From a virus (lineage: Duplodnaviria; Heunggongvirae; Uroviricota; Caudoviricetes), in the IMG/VR virus record IMGVR_UViG_2579778622_000004: a DNA stretch of 39,867 bases; one strand, 5' to 3'. The notes under the pieces are model-generated. The model did no database searches, had not been told where the DNA came from, and saw only the letters and a program-made list of their open reading frames with translations. How positions within the stretch are numbered: the first letter of the stretch is position 1; every line of letters starts with the position of its first letter. Below, one piece after another: positions 19,657 through 28,828 of the stretch. A program made the position numbers and the translations under genes.

Positions 19657-21665
19657 ATACCCAAAACGTCATGAGCTACACCTCGAGTGTCCCCCTTACA
19701 AGACACAGAACGTCTGGCAAAAAGAGGTTCCACTCTGAAGCCACTGTCATGATAAAGCTCTCTGATGTTTGGCGCGCCACTGTTAGTAATGAGAACCTTT
19801 GCACCTCGACGATGAGCATCCGTCAACAGAGACACCAGGCGTTTTTGCTCTTCAAACTTAAAGTCATGACCGGAATAGTTCGTGAATCCCTCTGTATTTG
19901 GAAGCGGTTCATACGGCGGATCGCAAAAGATGACATCTCCTTCTCCGGCAGCTTCAATCACCGCTGCAAAATCACCGCATACAAACTCAGACCGCCCTTC
20001 CGCACCGAGGAAGGCTTCCATCTCCTGTAATGGGAAATACGGAGTTTTATACTTCCCATAACCGACATTGAACTCACCGGCCTGGTTGTAACGCGTCAAT
20101 CCGTTAAAACAATGTCGGTTCAGGAACAAAAACGCCGCTGCGCGATGTAAATCATCATAGACTTGTTTGTTAAACGCATTCCGTACTGCCAGGTATCCTT
20201 CCTGTGTGTTGTAGTCCTGGAAGAAACGATGTGCCAGAGTGATAAGTGAATGCGCCTCGCGTTGCAGAGTCTTGTAAAAGTTAATCAGGTCAGCATTCAC
20301 ATCATTTAGCAGATTTTCCTGGTATCCGGCATTCATGAAGACAGCTCCGCCACCAACGAAAGGTTCAATCAGGCGCTTCCCTTCTGGCAAATAGCGAAAG
20401 ATTTGTTCCAGAACACCAAATTTTCCACCAGCCCATTTGAATATGGACCGTTCGAATTCTGCCGCTGGTTTAACTTTTCGCTCTTTTGTTTCACTTCCTT
20501 CTTTCTGCCGACATACGGCCTTAGTAATCCGATCGCCAATCCAGCGCATTACTGGTATTGCCATACTATTGCCGATCGCTTTGTAACGCGGTCCGTCAGC
20601 TGCAAGCATCGCGGCCTCTTCTTCGCTCAAATCAGGATAGTTTTTGCGAAGGTATGCCAGTTCATCTGAAGAAACTTTTTTACGCTTTTCCGTAGGGATC
20701 AATGTATGTCCATCAGGAAAACCTTGCAGCCTTTCACATTCGACAGGGATAAGACGGCGCATTCTACCGTCGCCGAGCAATACAATTGGTGCTTCATGGT
20801 TACATGTCAAAGTTGGTGCCGAATTATCGGTTTTTATCTCAGCCCCTCCTTGCCCATGTGCCATGGCAACTATGTTTGTATCATCGCAAGATCTGATAGC
20901 GATGTTTGAAGTATATCTGGTAGTTTCCTTCCCCTCGCCTCTGCTCGGCGCAATATCCCGGCGCACGCCTTCGAACTCAAAAAGTACCGTTGCGGGATCG
21001 AGGTCTGTTCGAGCACTTGCGACAACAAACACGCGTCGGCGTCGTTGTGCCACTCCGAAGTATTGGGCATCAAGGATTCTCCAGGCCACTTTTCGCTGCG
21101 GTCCATAAATACAACCACACTGCGGCCACTTTGGAGCATGGCAACCGGTTTTGACATCCCACCGCCAGAACGCGTTACTTTTTCCTGATTCAGGTCGATC
21201 ACCTGGTTCGAATGGCGCATCTTCTCCAGCCAATCCGGCAAGGAAACATCCGAAGGCGTTATCTGCCGATGACAAGACTCCTGGGACATTTTCCCAGACG
21301 ATAACGGATGGTTTGAGAAATGACTCAGCCCGTTTGTCGTCAATTGCATTTGCAAGCTCCACATACTTTAAAGTTAGCGCGCCACGCTCATCATCAAGCC
21401 CACCACGTAATCCCGCGATACTGAATGCCTGACAAGGTGTTCCCCCGACGAGCACATCAGGGGATTCGATTTCCCCAGCCAGGACTTTTTTGGCAAGTTT
21501 TGTCATGTCGCCAAGGTTGGCGACATGGGGCCAGCGGTGCGCAAGAACGGCAGATGGAAAAGGCTCGATTTCAGCAAACCACGCCGGACGCATACCCAAC
21601 GGTTCCCAGGCAATACTCGCGGCTTCAATTCCACTGCAAACAGATCCATAGCACAGCTCTTTCAC
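19647..21665 (-). CDS. dmt: Fused DNA methyltransferase: N-terminal C5-cytosine MTase, C-terminal Dam-like N6-adenine MTase
   Basis: 672 aa; GGTPCQAFS (PCQ) and ENV motifs in N half; KWAGGK and DPPY motifs in C half. Confidence 0.85.
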
Positions 21666-22567
21666 TGCTTAGCCTCTCCACCAAGGGCATTTACCAGAGC
21701 ATCAACCAGGCACGAAATTTCACTGGTCAACAGGAAGAAATCTGCGTCCAGTCGCTGCGCTACATCTTCACTATCAATATCAGAGTTCTGATCAAGCAAT
21801 TCATCCGCAAATTTGACGCTGGTAAGGCTGAAGTTATGGTCCAGTGTAAATTTAATGCGGTTCTGCCAGTCGAGTGCCAACTTAGTGACGAGCTTGCCAG
21901 CTTCCAGGTGTGTGGAAATTTCATCGCTTCCCAAATCCTGCTTTTTCACTCGGGCAATACCGCCATCCTCAAGCACTGCCTTAAGTTCTGCCGCATCCCC
22001 CATTTGAAATCCCTGTGGAGCACTACCATCACGTACCCAGTCGGTCAGCGTTAATTCAATGGGATTTTCAACACTCAGGGGAACAACAGGAAGAGAACCC
22101 AGAGACTTACGCATAAGCGCGAGCATATCCTCTGCCTGCCGCGCGCTGGCATTGATATAGATACGTTTAGTTGAACCGTCGTAGATCGCCTGGATAACAG
22201 AAAACTTTGAAAAAGCCCGTGGCAGAAGAGAATGCAGAACTTCGTCTTTCAGGGAGTCCTTCTCTGTTTTCTTCAGTTTACGCGCTTGTTCTTGCTCAAG
22301 TTTTTCAATTTTTTCTTGAATAGCTCGCTGGATAACCGGCGGGGGAAGAATTTTTGTTTCGCGCTTTGCTTCAACAAGGATAAAACCATTTCCATGCATA
22401 GCGATAACTTCGGAATTATCACCAAATGGAGATACAAAACCGAACTTGGCCATATCCTGACTACCGCATGGCGTGAAAAGGATCATTTTCTTTTTATCTT
22501 CTAAGTCGGTCAGATCCGCCTCACGAGAAAGTTTATAAATAGTAATGTTTTTCCAGTGCTTAAACAT
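21662..22567 (-). CDS. hrdC: RdgC-like recombination-associated protein (P1 HrdC-like)
   Basis: Strong resemblance to E. coli RdgC throughout ([35 protein letters not shown]); likely start MFKHWK at 22567 rather than track start 22681. Confidence 0.85.
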   Translation of the reverse strand: MFKHWKNITIYKLSREADLTDLEDKKKMILFTPCGSQDMAKFGFVSPFGDNSEVIAMHGNGFILVEAKRETKILPPPVIQRAIQEKIEKLEQEQARKLKKTEKDSLKDEVLHSLLPRAFSKFSVIQAIYDGSTKRIYINASARQAEDMLALMRKSLGSLPVVPLSVENPIELTLTDWVRDGSAPQGFQMGDAAELKAVLEDGGIARVKKQDLGSDEISTHLEAGKLVTKLALDWQNRIKFTLDHNFSLTSVKFADELLDQNSDIDSEDVAQRLDADFFLLTSEISCLVDALVNALGGEAKQ

Positions 22568-22907
22568 GTTGTAACCCTTGAATATCAACCACAGAAAGCT
22601 CGTCTTTGTAGAAAAAGGCCAGGTTGTGGCACCCCCTCGTTTGAGCGTATGAGCTGGGACCAATTTCGTTCTTCCAGACAAATGGCTTCAAATCCGTACG
22701 GCGAAGCATAAAAACGCGATTTGTTCCGCTCTGATTCCCAATGAGGCAAAAGCCTTCTTTCACCTTGATAGCCTGCAAGTTGTCGAGTTCACCGCTGGTT
22801 ACACGGCTATCGAACTCTTTGCGGCTTATTAGCTCCATCTGCATCTGACGACTCCAAACAAATGCCCATTGAAGGGCGATGGCTGAATGGTACCGAAAAT
22901 ACGACAT
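22560..22907 (-). CDS. Hypothetical protein upstream of hrdC
   Basis: ATG at 22907 (track uses TTG at 22916); overlaps hrdC start. Confidence 0.4.
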   Translation of the reverse strand: MSYFRYHSAIALQWAFVWSRQMQMELISRKEFDSRVTSGELDNLQAIKVKEGFCLIGNQSGTNRVFMLRRTDLKPFVWKNEIGPSSYAQTRGCHNLAFFYKDELSVVDIQGLQHV

Positions 22908-22915
22908 AAAAAACA

Positions 22916-22932
22916 ATATTTATTAGAGCAAT
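22916..22932 (-). promoter_or_regulatory. C1-type operator (16/17)
   Basis: Reverse complement ATTGCTCTAATAAATAT immediately upstream of the uhr-hrdC-dmt-like operon. Confidence 0.55.
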
Positions 22933-23013
22933 TTTGCAATAGTTGAACTCCATGTAGACCACAAACAACCTGAGTTAAAATAACGAAAATCAGAGCAAAT
23001 AATTGGTGATGAC

Positions 23014-23298
23014 GTGGCAAGTATTGCAACAAAAGACAGCATTTGTTCGGGGCACGGAGGATTCCCATCCAGGCCTCCTGTAGAGAGTGAACCACTACTT
23101 AAAGTCAACGGAGTCGAAGTGTTAGTTGATGGTAAGCAATATGCACAGCATACCGATGGAAACAGTACGCACGGTGGGCAAGCTATATCAACCAGGGCAT
23201 GGTTTACCGTCAATGGTAAAGGGATCGTATGCGTTGGTGACCCTGTTTCATGCGGATCTACCGTAGCGTCCGGAGACGGCCTGGTTCAGGTAAGTTAG
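23014..23298 (+). CDS. PAAR-like spike-tip protein candidate
   Basis: GTG start; NSTHGGQAI, FTVNGKGIV, GDPVSCGS repeats resemble PAAR-repeat proteins. Confidence 0.45.
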   Translation: MASIATKDSICSGHGGFPSRPPVESEPLLKVNGVEVLVDGKQYAQHTDGNSTHGGQAISTRAWFTVNGKGIVCVGDPVSCGSTVASGDGLVQVS

Positions 23299-23306
23299 GA
23301 GATATC

Positions 23307-24095
23307 ATGCTGGAAAAAGACTACCAGTTATCCGCATATAAAAAATTGGCTGCCGCCGGTGGGATGAAAACACCTGGTGCCATAACATCGGCACGAAACA
23401 GTGCTAACACAGCAAAACTGCTTGCAGAAGAATTGACCGGATTAATTCTGGATACAATTGTCTATCCCGACACTATTACCAGCTATGTTTCAACGATCAG
23501 AACAACCACAACCGGCTTAACGAACATTGGAGAACTGGCAACTAAGCACGCGGACCTGTTGGCTGGTTATGCAGATCTGTCAATGCTGCTTCAACTCGAT
23601 ATTGGTTGGGATGTTTACTGCCGTGCTAATGAGCGAGAAGTATCAGAACTGCCGATCTCTATTGCCATTGGTGATGTGACTATTACTAAATCGCTTGAGG
23701 ACGCTGTAAACGCGCTTAATACATCAAGTTTAGTCGCTGCTATGGGGGAGATTAACCAGACCCTTAACACTGGCTCAGGAAGCTCGTCAGGCTCTGGTTC
23801 AGGCGGCGGCACTGCCACTCCCCCACCAGCACTAACAGAAGAGCAAATTGAATCTCTGAAAGTAGCAACTGAACAGTTTGGGGTTGTTTTCAACCAGACA
23901 ACAGCGCCCACAACTGCGTTACAACAGCAGTATGAACGAGCGAATGAAAGCGCCAATGTAGCCATAACTGCTTATAACCATGCTATCGGTACTGCTCTTG
24001 CGGAAGCATCAGCAAATAAGGCCAGCACAGCCAGCGCAGTTGCTGCTTTGGTTCCTGATTCTGTTCTTGATGAATTAAACAAAGCGGCACAGTAA
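23307..24095 (+). CDS. Hypothetical protein with Gly/Ser-rich linker
   Basis: ATG at 23307 with AGGAGATATC RBS; GSGSSSGSGSGGG linker. Confidence 0.5.
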   Translation: MLEKDYQLSAYKKLAAAGGMKTPGAITSARNSANTAKLLAEELTGLILDTIVYPDTITSYVSTIRTTTTGLTNIGELATKHADLLAGYADLSMLLQLDIGWDVYCRANEREVSELPISIAIGDVTITKSLEDAVNALNTSSLVAAMGEINQTLNTGSGSSSGSGSGGGTATPPPALTEEQIESLKVATEQFGVVFNQTTAPTTALQQQYERANESANVAITAYNHAIGTALAEASANKASTASAVAALVPDSVLDELNKAAQ

Positions 24096-24134
24096 CAAAG
24101 GACTTCATTGATAATTTTTTTTCAGGAGGAAGAC

Positions 24135-24557
24135 ATGTCATTCTTTTCTACGTTAAAAACAGCTTTGTCTTTGAAGGAGAAACTTGCTGCTACTGGTGTT
24201 CTTGTTCTGATTTGCGCACTTGTTGGTGCTGGGTTTGCATGGGAACGTCATCAGCTAAAGCAAGCCATCGAGAAAATTGGCAGTCTTGATCAGGCTGTTA
24301 AGGAACGTGATAAGTCAATAATGGATCTTAACCAGACCATTGAGACGATGAACAAAGCAGAGCAACATTTTCACAGCCAGGAAGTGAAAAATGAATCAGA
24401 ACAAGCCAAATATGCTGACAGGCAAATGGAACGAAAAGCTGAAGTTCAGAAACAACTGGTTGCGGCGGGTAATGTTCGCCAGCGCATTCCTGCTGACACT
24501 CAGCGGTTGCTCCGGGAGTCGATCAGCGAATTTAACGCCGACGCCGACAAAGGTTAA
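24135..24557 (+). CDS. i-spanin (Rz)-like membrane-anchored coiled-coil protein
   Basis: ATG at 24135 after AGGAGG; N-terminal TM GVLVLICALVGAGFAW then charged coiled coil. Confidence 0.5.
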   Translation: MSFFSTLKTALSLKEKLAATGVLVLICALVGAGFAWERHQLKQAIEKIGSLDQAVKERDKSIMDLNQTIETMNKAEQHFHSQEVKNESEQAKYADRQMERKAEVQKQLVAAGNVRQRIPADTQRLLRESISEFNADADKG

Positions 24558-24723
24558 CCACCCTGCCCCCAAAAGTGCATTTATGTGCAGAATGCCAGAG
24601 TTTAGCAGTGAATATTTTGATGATCTGCCAGCGTATATCCTCGATACAGAAACGATGCTGATGGGGATTAACAGGAAGAATCGCAACGTTAATGATTACA
24701 ACCGCGCTATCAGCGGTAACTAA
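24472..24723 (+). CDS. o-spanin (Rz1)-like lipoprotein in +1 frame overlapping the i-spanin-like gene
   Basis: Lipobox LLTLSGC, proline-rich PTPTKVNHPAPK, later Cys; starts inside and extends past 24135..24557. Confidence 0.5.
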   Translation: MFASAFLLTLSGCSGSRSANLTPTPTKVNHPAPKSAFMCRMPEFSSEYFDDLPAYILDTETMLMGINRKNRNVNDYNRAISGN

Positions 24724-24734
24724 AAGGGATTTTT

Positions 24735-25127
24735 ATGTCTGATAAAGTAACAGTAAAGCAAACTATCAACAAAGCGACTTCAATCTACAAAATTGAGCAC
24801 ATCACTGTTGGCAAGCCAGGATCTGAACAATACCGTCATGCTTTCGAGCTTGCCGATCAGCTTGGTTTAAAACACCCGGATTGCATTGAGCATGTATTTC
24901 CGACCTATGCTGATGAGCAATGTACTCATGTTCTTACCGAAGAGGATTTTTTCAGCACTGAAGAACGAGAAGGCGTTGATCGCTGCATTGGTGTGATTTG
25001 CTCTTCAGTGAGTTATGAGTTATTCCCTAATGTCCATGAAAATGGTGGTATTGGATACCAATTCCTGTACGAAGGCGATGAGCTTAAATGTTATGAACAT
25101 GGTCTTCTTATCGAAAGCGTAGAATAA
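24735..25127 (+). CDS. Hypothetical protein (130 aa)
   Basis: ORF with RBS, followed by terminator hairpin. Confidence 0.5.
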   Translation: MSDKVTVKQTINKATSIYKIEHITVGKPGSEQYRHAFELADQLGLKHPDCIEHVFPTYADEQCTHVLTEEDFFSTEEREGVDRCIGVICSSVSYELFPNVHENGGIGYQFLYEGDELKCYEHGLLIESVE

Positions 25128-25140
25128 TACCCTTCCTTCC

Positions 25141-25166
25141 AACCGGCTATGTTGGCCGGTTTATTC
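25141..25166 (+). terminator. Terminator-like hairpin upstream of origin
   Basis: AACCGGC tatgttg GCCGGTT then TTATT. Confidence 0.5.
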
Positions 25167-25169
25167 AAC

Positions 25170-25260
25170 TTATCCACAGCATAGATCCAATAAACAGATC
25201 CTAAAGAGAACCCAGGAAGATCCAAAGAAGATCCCGGATCGCTGTAAGCCGCGCCATTTC
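25170..25260. promoter_or_regulatory. Origin elements: DnaA box (TTATCCACA at 25170..25178) and cluster of five GATC sites
   Basis: Perfect DnaA box consensus; GATC at five closely spaced positions. Confidence 0.65.
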
Positions 25261-25281
25261 TGGCCTGAAATGGGATCAACA

Positions 25282-25386
25282 TTGACTATACGCGATTTTA
25301 TGTTGACTGTGCACGATTTATTGTTGACTGCACGCGATTTATTGTTGACTATACGCGACAGAAACATTGACTGTACGCGATTTTAG
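25282..25386 (+). repeat. Five direct approx 21-bp iterons (TTGACTRTRCRCGA core) upstream of repA
   Basis: Repeats begin at 25282, 25303, 25324, 25345, 25367. Confidence 0.8.
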
Positions 25387-25460
25387 AGCCTGACTATTCA
25401 CAGTTGTTGATAACTGCAATCCAGATGACGCCAGGCCGCGACACATATGGAGAAACCACG

Positions 25461-26345
25461 ATGCCGGAAGAAAATAAAGGCTTCCTTAGCGTTGAAGAAG
25501 TTGCAGGAAATACAGGAGAAATCCACAGCCTGAAACCCAATAACAATAGCACTATACAACCCATCGCTTTGTTGCGCTTAGGTGTGTTTGTGCCAACCTT
25601 AAAATCTACCAATGTGGCACTACGTCGCGGATCGTCAGTTACTACAAACACAACGAACGCAACCGAAGAACTATCAAGCCTCAAAATTGTTGAGCAGGAA
25701 GGCTATGAGGGAATTGAAATACATGGTCCACGCCTGGATATGGATACTGATTTTAAGGTGTGGGTGGGCATAACCTCCGCGTTGTTTGACTACGCACCTG
25801 ATGATGACGGCATAATCACCCTGCCATTCTCCGAGTTTGCCGATCGATGCGGCTATCCACGTAAGCGCCTTTCAAAGGCGTTCCGTAAAAGTATTGATGA
25901 CTCTCTGACACGCATTCAGCAGACAGTTGTCAAATTCCGCTTCCCGGCGGCAAAAGGTCATCTCAATAACATTAACGTCAACTTGTTGGCATATAGCAGC
26001 CTGAATACCGAGCTTGATGTTATCGAGATCCAGCCGCAGAAACAGCTATCTGAACTTTACTATGTTGACTATAAGCGAATCCTGAAGCTGAAGATGCTGG
26101 ATAAGCTCGGGCGCAAAGAGACGGCCAAGGTACTGTATACATTCTTTGAGGCTCTACCTGCCAACCCGGCACCTGTCAGCATTGAGCGCCTTAGAGCAAG
26201 GCTTAATCTCAAATCATCCGTTAGCGTGCAAAATAGCGTTATCAGAAAAGCCATGAAAGATTTGGAAGCTATTGAATATCTTAAATTTTCAGAGATAAAA
26301 AACGGCAGGAAAATCGGCTTCCAGATCCATAAGCGCAATCCATAA
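25461..26345 (+). CDS. repA: Iteron-binding plasmid replication initiator RepA
   Basis: ATG at 25461 with GGAGA RBS (track starts 25404); flanked by iteron arrays; QPIALLRLGVFVP segment. Confidence 0.75.
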   Translation: MPEENKGFLSVEEVAGNTGEIHSLKPNNNSTIQPIALLRLGVFVPTLKSTNVALRRGSSVTTNTTNATEELSSLKIVEQEGYEGIEIHGPRLDMDTDFKVWVGITSALFDYAPDDDGIITLPFSEFADRCGYPRKRLSKAFRKSIDDSLTRIQQTVVKFRFPAAKGHLNNINVNLLAYSSLNTELDVIEIQPQKQLSELYYVDYKRILKLKMLDKLGRKETAKVLYTFFEALPANPAPVSIERLRARLNLKSSVSVQNSVIRKAMKDLEAIEYLKFSEIKNGRKIGFQIHKRNP

Positions 26346-26347
26346 TA

Positions 26348-26603
26348 TTGACTATATGCGATAGCGAGAAGTTGACTATAGGCGACATTCGTTGACGCTG
26401 GTGGATTTTTGCTGGCGTCAATATTCTGCAAGCTGCTATTGAGATGGCTTTTAGGGTCATTTCATCGCGTATAGTCAACGTTTCTCCCGACAATATCTTA
26501 CATAGTCGATTTTTGGTGGAGTTAAATCGACTACAGTCAACTTTTGACTGTAGTCACATCGCGCATAGTCAACTATTCACATTAACTTTCGCGCATAGTC
26601 AAC
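26348..26603. repeat. incA-like iteron array in both orientations downstream of repA
   Basis: TTGACTATATGCGA, TTGACTATAGGCGA forward; TCGCGTATAGTCAAC, TCGCGCATAGTCAAC (x2) reverse; palindromic GACTACAGTCAACTTTTGACTGTAGTC. Confidence 0.75.
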
Positions 26604-26637
26604 ATTTGCGCGGTTCTCATCAAGCAGTGGTATTGAT

Positions 26638-27447
26638 ATGCAAGAAGAGAAACAACACTACCTCTACGTTCTGGTGCCGGAGAACGGAGATACTTTTAAA
26701 ATCGGCATTTCATGTGGTCCATTGGCACGGTTTAAAGGGCTACAAGTGAATCCCGATTTTGCGCTTTCACGGGTCTATCGTGGTACGCGTTTGGCAATAG
26801 TTAATCTTGAGCGGGCTTTACACGCAACCTTTTTCCCCTGGAATGCGCCGTGGGAGAAAAGCGCCGGTGGCGGGCATACTGAATGGTTTACACGAGAGTG
26901 TCTTGATAAGGTTTTGGCTCATATCGAATATCTAAATGATATGTGGGGAGGGATTCTCGAGCGGATTAAGTCGAATGATTTACTTCAGCGTCCAGTAGAT
27001 GCTGCTCGCTCTTTCGAAAAAGAACTGGATGTTACTTCTATCGTGACTTTCAAAGATGACGCAGGAATGAGGGATGTGGCTTATGTCTCCATATCTGGCT
27101 ATGAACCTGACGCGATCCGCGCTCAATGTGAATTGCTGAAAGCGATGTTTACGCTTCGGACTAAATATCCCTGGGAGACAGGGCGGGTGTGCTTCCCTAT
27201 GGAAGAGTTAACCGCCACCATTGATTCCCAGCTTTACCACGATAATCCAGAGAAGTTTTTTAGCCTTTTAGCCGGTAATGGGCTTAACTGTGTGTCCGGA
27301 CTGGGGCGAAGTAGAATCCAACATGCCTCGCTCTTCGGTCCCTTCTTTTACGATCGAAACGGGTGCTTTGAGGCTGAACTTCCGGCGCTTACGCGTGCTA
27401 TAGATACTATCGATTTCGAACGATTATTCGCAGCTCTTAACAAATAA
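26638..27447 (+). CDS. GIY-YIG superfamily (T5orf172-like) domain protein with unknown C-terminal domain
   Basis: N-terminal HYLYVLV...FKIGIS...ARFKGL...GGGHTEWF matches GIY/YIG/R/E spacing of T5orf172-type domains; 269 aa. Confidence 0.5.
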   Translation: MQEEKQHYLYVLVPENGDTFKIGISCGPLARFKGLQVNPDFALSRVYRGTRLAIVNLERALHATFFPWNAPWEKSAGGGHTEWFTRECLDKVLAHIEYLNDMWGGILERIKSNDLLQRPVDAARSFEKELDVTSIVTFKDDAGMRDVAYVSISGYEPDAIRAQCELLKAMFTLRTKYPWETGRVCFPMEELTATIDSQLYHDNPEKFFSLLAGNGLNCVSGLGRSRIQHASLFGPFFYDRNGCFEAELPALTRAIDTIDFERLFAALNK

Positions 27448-27454
27448 CACTGAT

Positions 27455-27475
27455 GCCCCTGAACGGGGCTTTTTT
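27455..27475 (+). terminator. Rho-independent terminator
   Basis: GCCCC tgaac GGGGC followed by TTTTTT. Confidence 0.7.
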
Positions 27476-27564
27476 GTGCCCTCCTTGCAACTCTCTATCG
27501 TGCAAAATGAACCAAACATGCAGAGAATGCTATGTACAAGCATCTACGCATACATTATTATTTT

Positions 27565-27603
27565 ATGCAGCATTTTTAATTAAATTCAAAAATACAGCAT
27601 AAA
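27565..27603. promoter_or_regulatory. par promoter/operator imperfect palindrome
   Basis: ATGCAGCATTTTTAATT / AATTCAAAAATACAGCAT inverted repeat just upstream of parA. Confidence 0.6.
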
Positions 27604-27615
27604 GGATGACTTTCG

Positions 27616-28812
27616 ATGAGTGATTCCAGCCAGCTTCACAAGGTTGCTCAAAGAGCAAACAGAATGCTCAATGTTCTGACTGAACAAGTACAGTTGCAAA
27701 AGGATGAGCTACACGCGAACGAGTTTTACCAGGTCTATGCGAAAGCGGCACTGGCAAAACTGCCTCTACTGACTCGAGCGAACGTTGACTATGCCGTAAG
27801 TGAAATGGAAGAAAAGGGTTATGTTTTCGATAAACGCCCTGCTGGCTCTTCAATGAAATATGCGATGTCAATTCAGAACATCATTGACATATATGAACAT
27901 CGCGGAGTGCCAAAATACCGGGATCGCTACAGCGAAGCGTATGTGATTTTCATCTCCAATCTTAAAGGCGGTGTGTCAAAAACTGTATCGACGGTTTCTC
28001 TGGCGCATGCAATGCGTGCTCACCCTCATCTTCTGATGGAAGATTTAAGGATTCTGGTTATTGACCTTGATCCGCAATCTTCAGCAACGATGTTTTTAAG
28101 CCATAAACACTCTATTGGTATCGTAAACGCAACATCTGCACAGGCTATGTTGCAGAATGTAAGCCGTGAAGAGCTGTTAGAGGAGTTTATTGTTCCTTCT
28201 GTTGTACCTGGGGTTGACGTTATGCCTGCGTCGATTGACGATGCCTTTATTGCATCCGATTGGAGAGAGCTGTGCAATGAGCATCTACCGGGTCAGAACA
28301 TCCATGCTGTCCTGAAAGAAAATGTGATTGATAAGCTGAAGAGCGATTATGACTTTATCCTCGTTGATAGTGGTCCTCACCTTGACGCCTTCCTGAAAAA
28401 TGCTTTGGCCTCGGCCAATATACTGTTTACACCTCTGCCGCCAGCAACTGTCGATTTCCACTCATCGCTTAAATACGTTGCCCGCCTTCCTGAGTTGGTG
28501 AAACTCATTTCGGATGAAGGCTGCGAGTGCCAGCTTGCGACTAACATTGGTTTTATGTCCAAGTTGAGTAACAAGGCAGACCATAAGTATTGCCATAGCC
28601 TGGCTAAAGAAGTGTTCGGTGGGGATATGCTCGATGTCGTCCTCCCTCGCCTTGACGGTTTTGAACGTTGCGGCGAGTCTTTTGACACTGTTATTTCAGC
28701 TAACCCGGCAACGTATGTTGGTAGTGCTGATGCATTGAAGAACGCGCGAATTGCCGCGGAAGATTTTGCTAAAGCAGTTTTTGACCGTATTGAATTTATC
28801 AGATCTAACTGA
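27616..28812 (+). CDS. parA: Partition ATPase ParA (type Ia, with N-terminal DNA-binding extension)
   Basis: 398 aa; deviant Walker A SNLKGGVSKT; length and N-terminus match what I recall of P1 ParA. Confidence 0.9.
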   Translation: MSDSSQLHKVAQRANRMLNVLTEQVQLQKDELHANEFYQVYAKAALAKLPLLTRANVDYAVSEMEEKGYVFDKRPAGSSMKYAMSIQNIIDIYEHRGVPKYRDRYSEAYVIFISNLKGGVSKTVSTVSLAHAMRAHPHLLMEDLRILVIDLDPQSSATMFLSHKHSIGIVNATSAQAMLQNVSREELLEEFIVPSVVPGVDVMPASIDDAFIASDWRELCNEHLPGQNIHAVLKENVIDKLKSDYDFILVDSGPHLDAFLKNALASANILFTPLPPATVDFHSSLKYVARLPELVKLISDEGCECQLATNIGFMSKLSNKADHKYCHSLAKEVFGGDMLDVVLPRLDGFERCGESFDTVISANPATYVGSADALKNARIAAEDFAKAVFDRIEFIRSN

Positions 28813-28828
28813 GGAGTAAGAAACCCCC

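Noticed and set aside
25282-26603. Possible CRISPR array at the direct-repeat clusters
   Set aside because: Repeats are 21-bp iterons without unique spacers of regular length and flank a RepA gene; no cas genes
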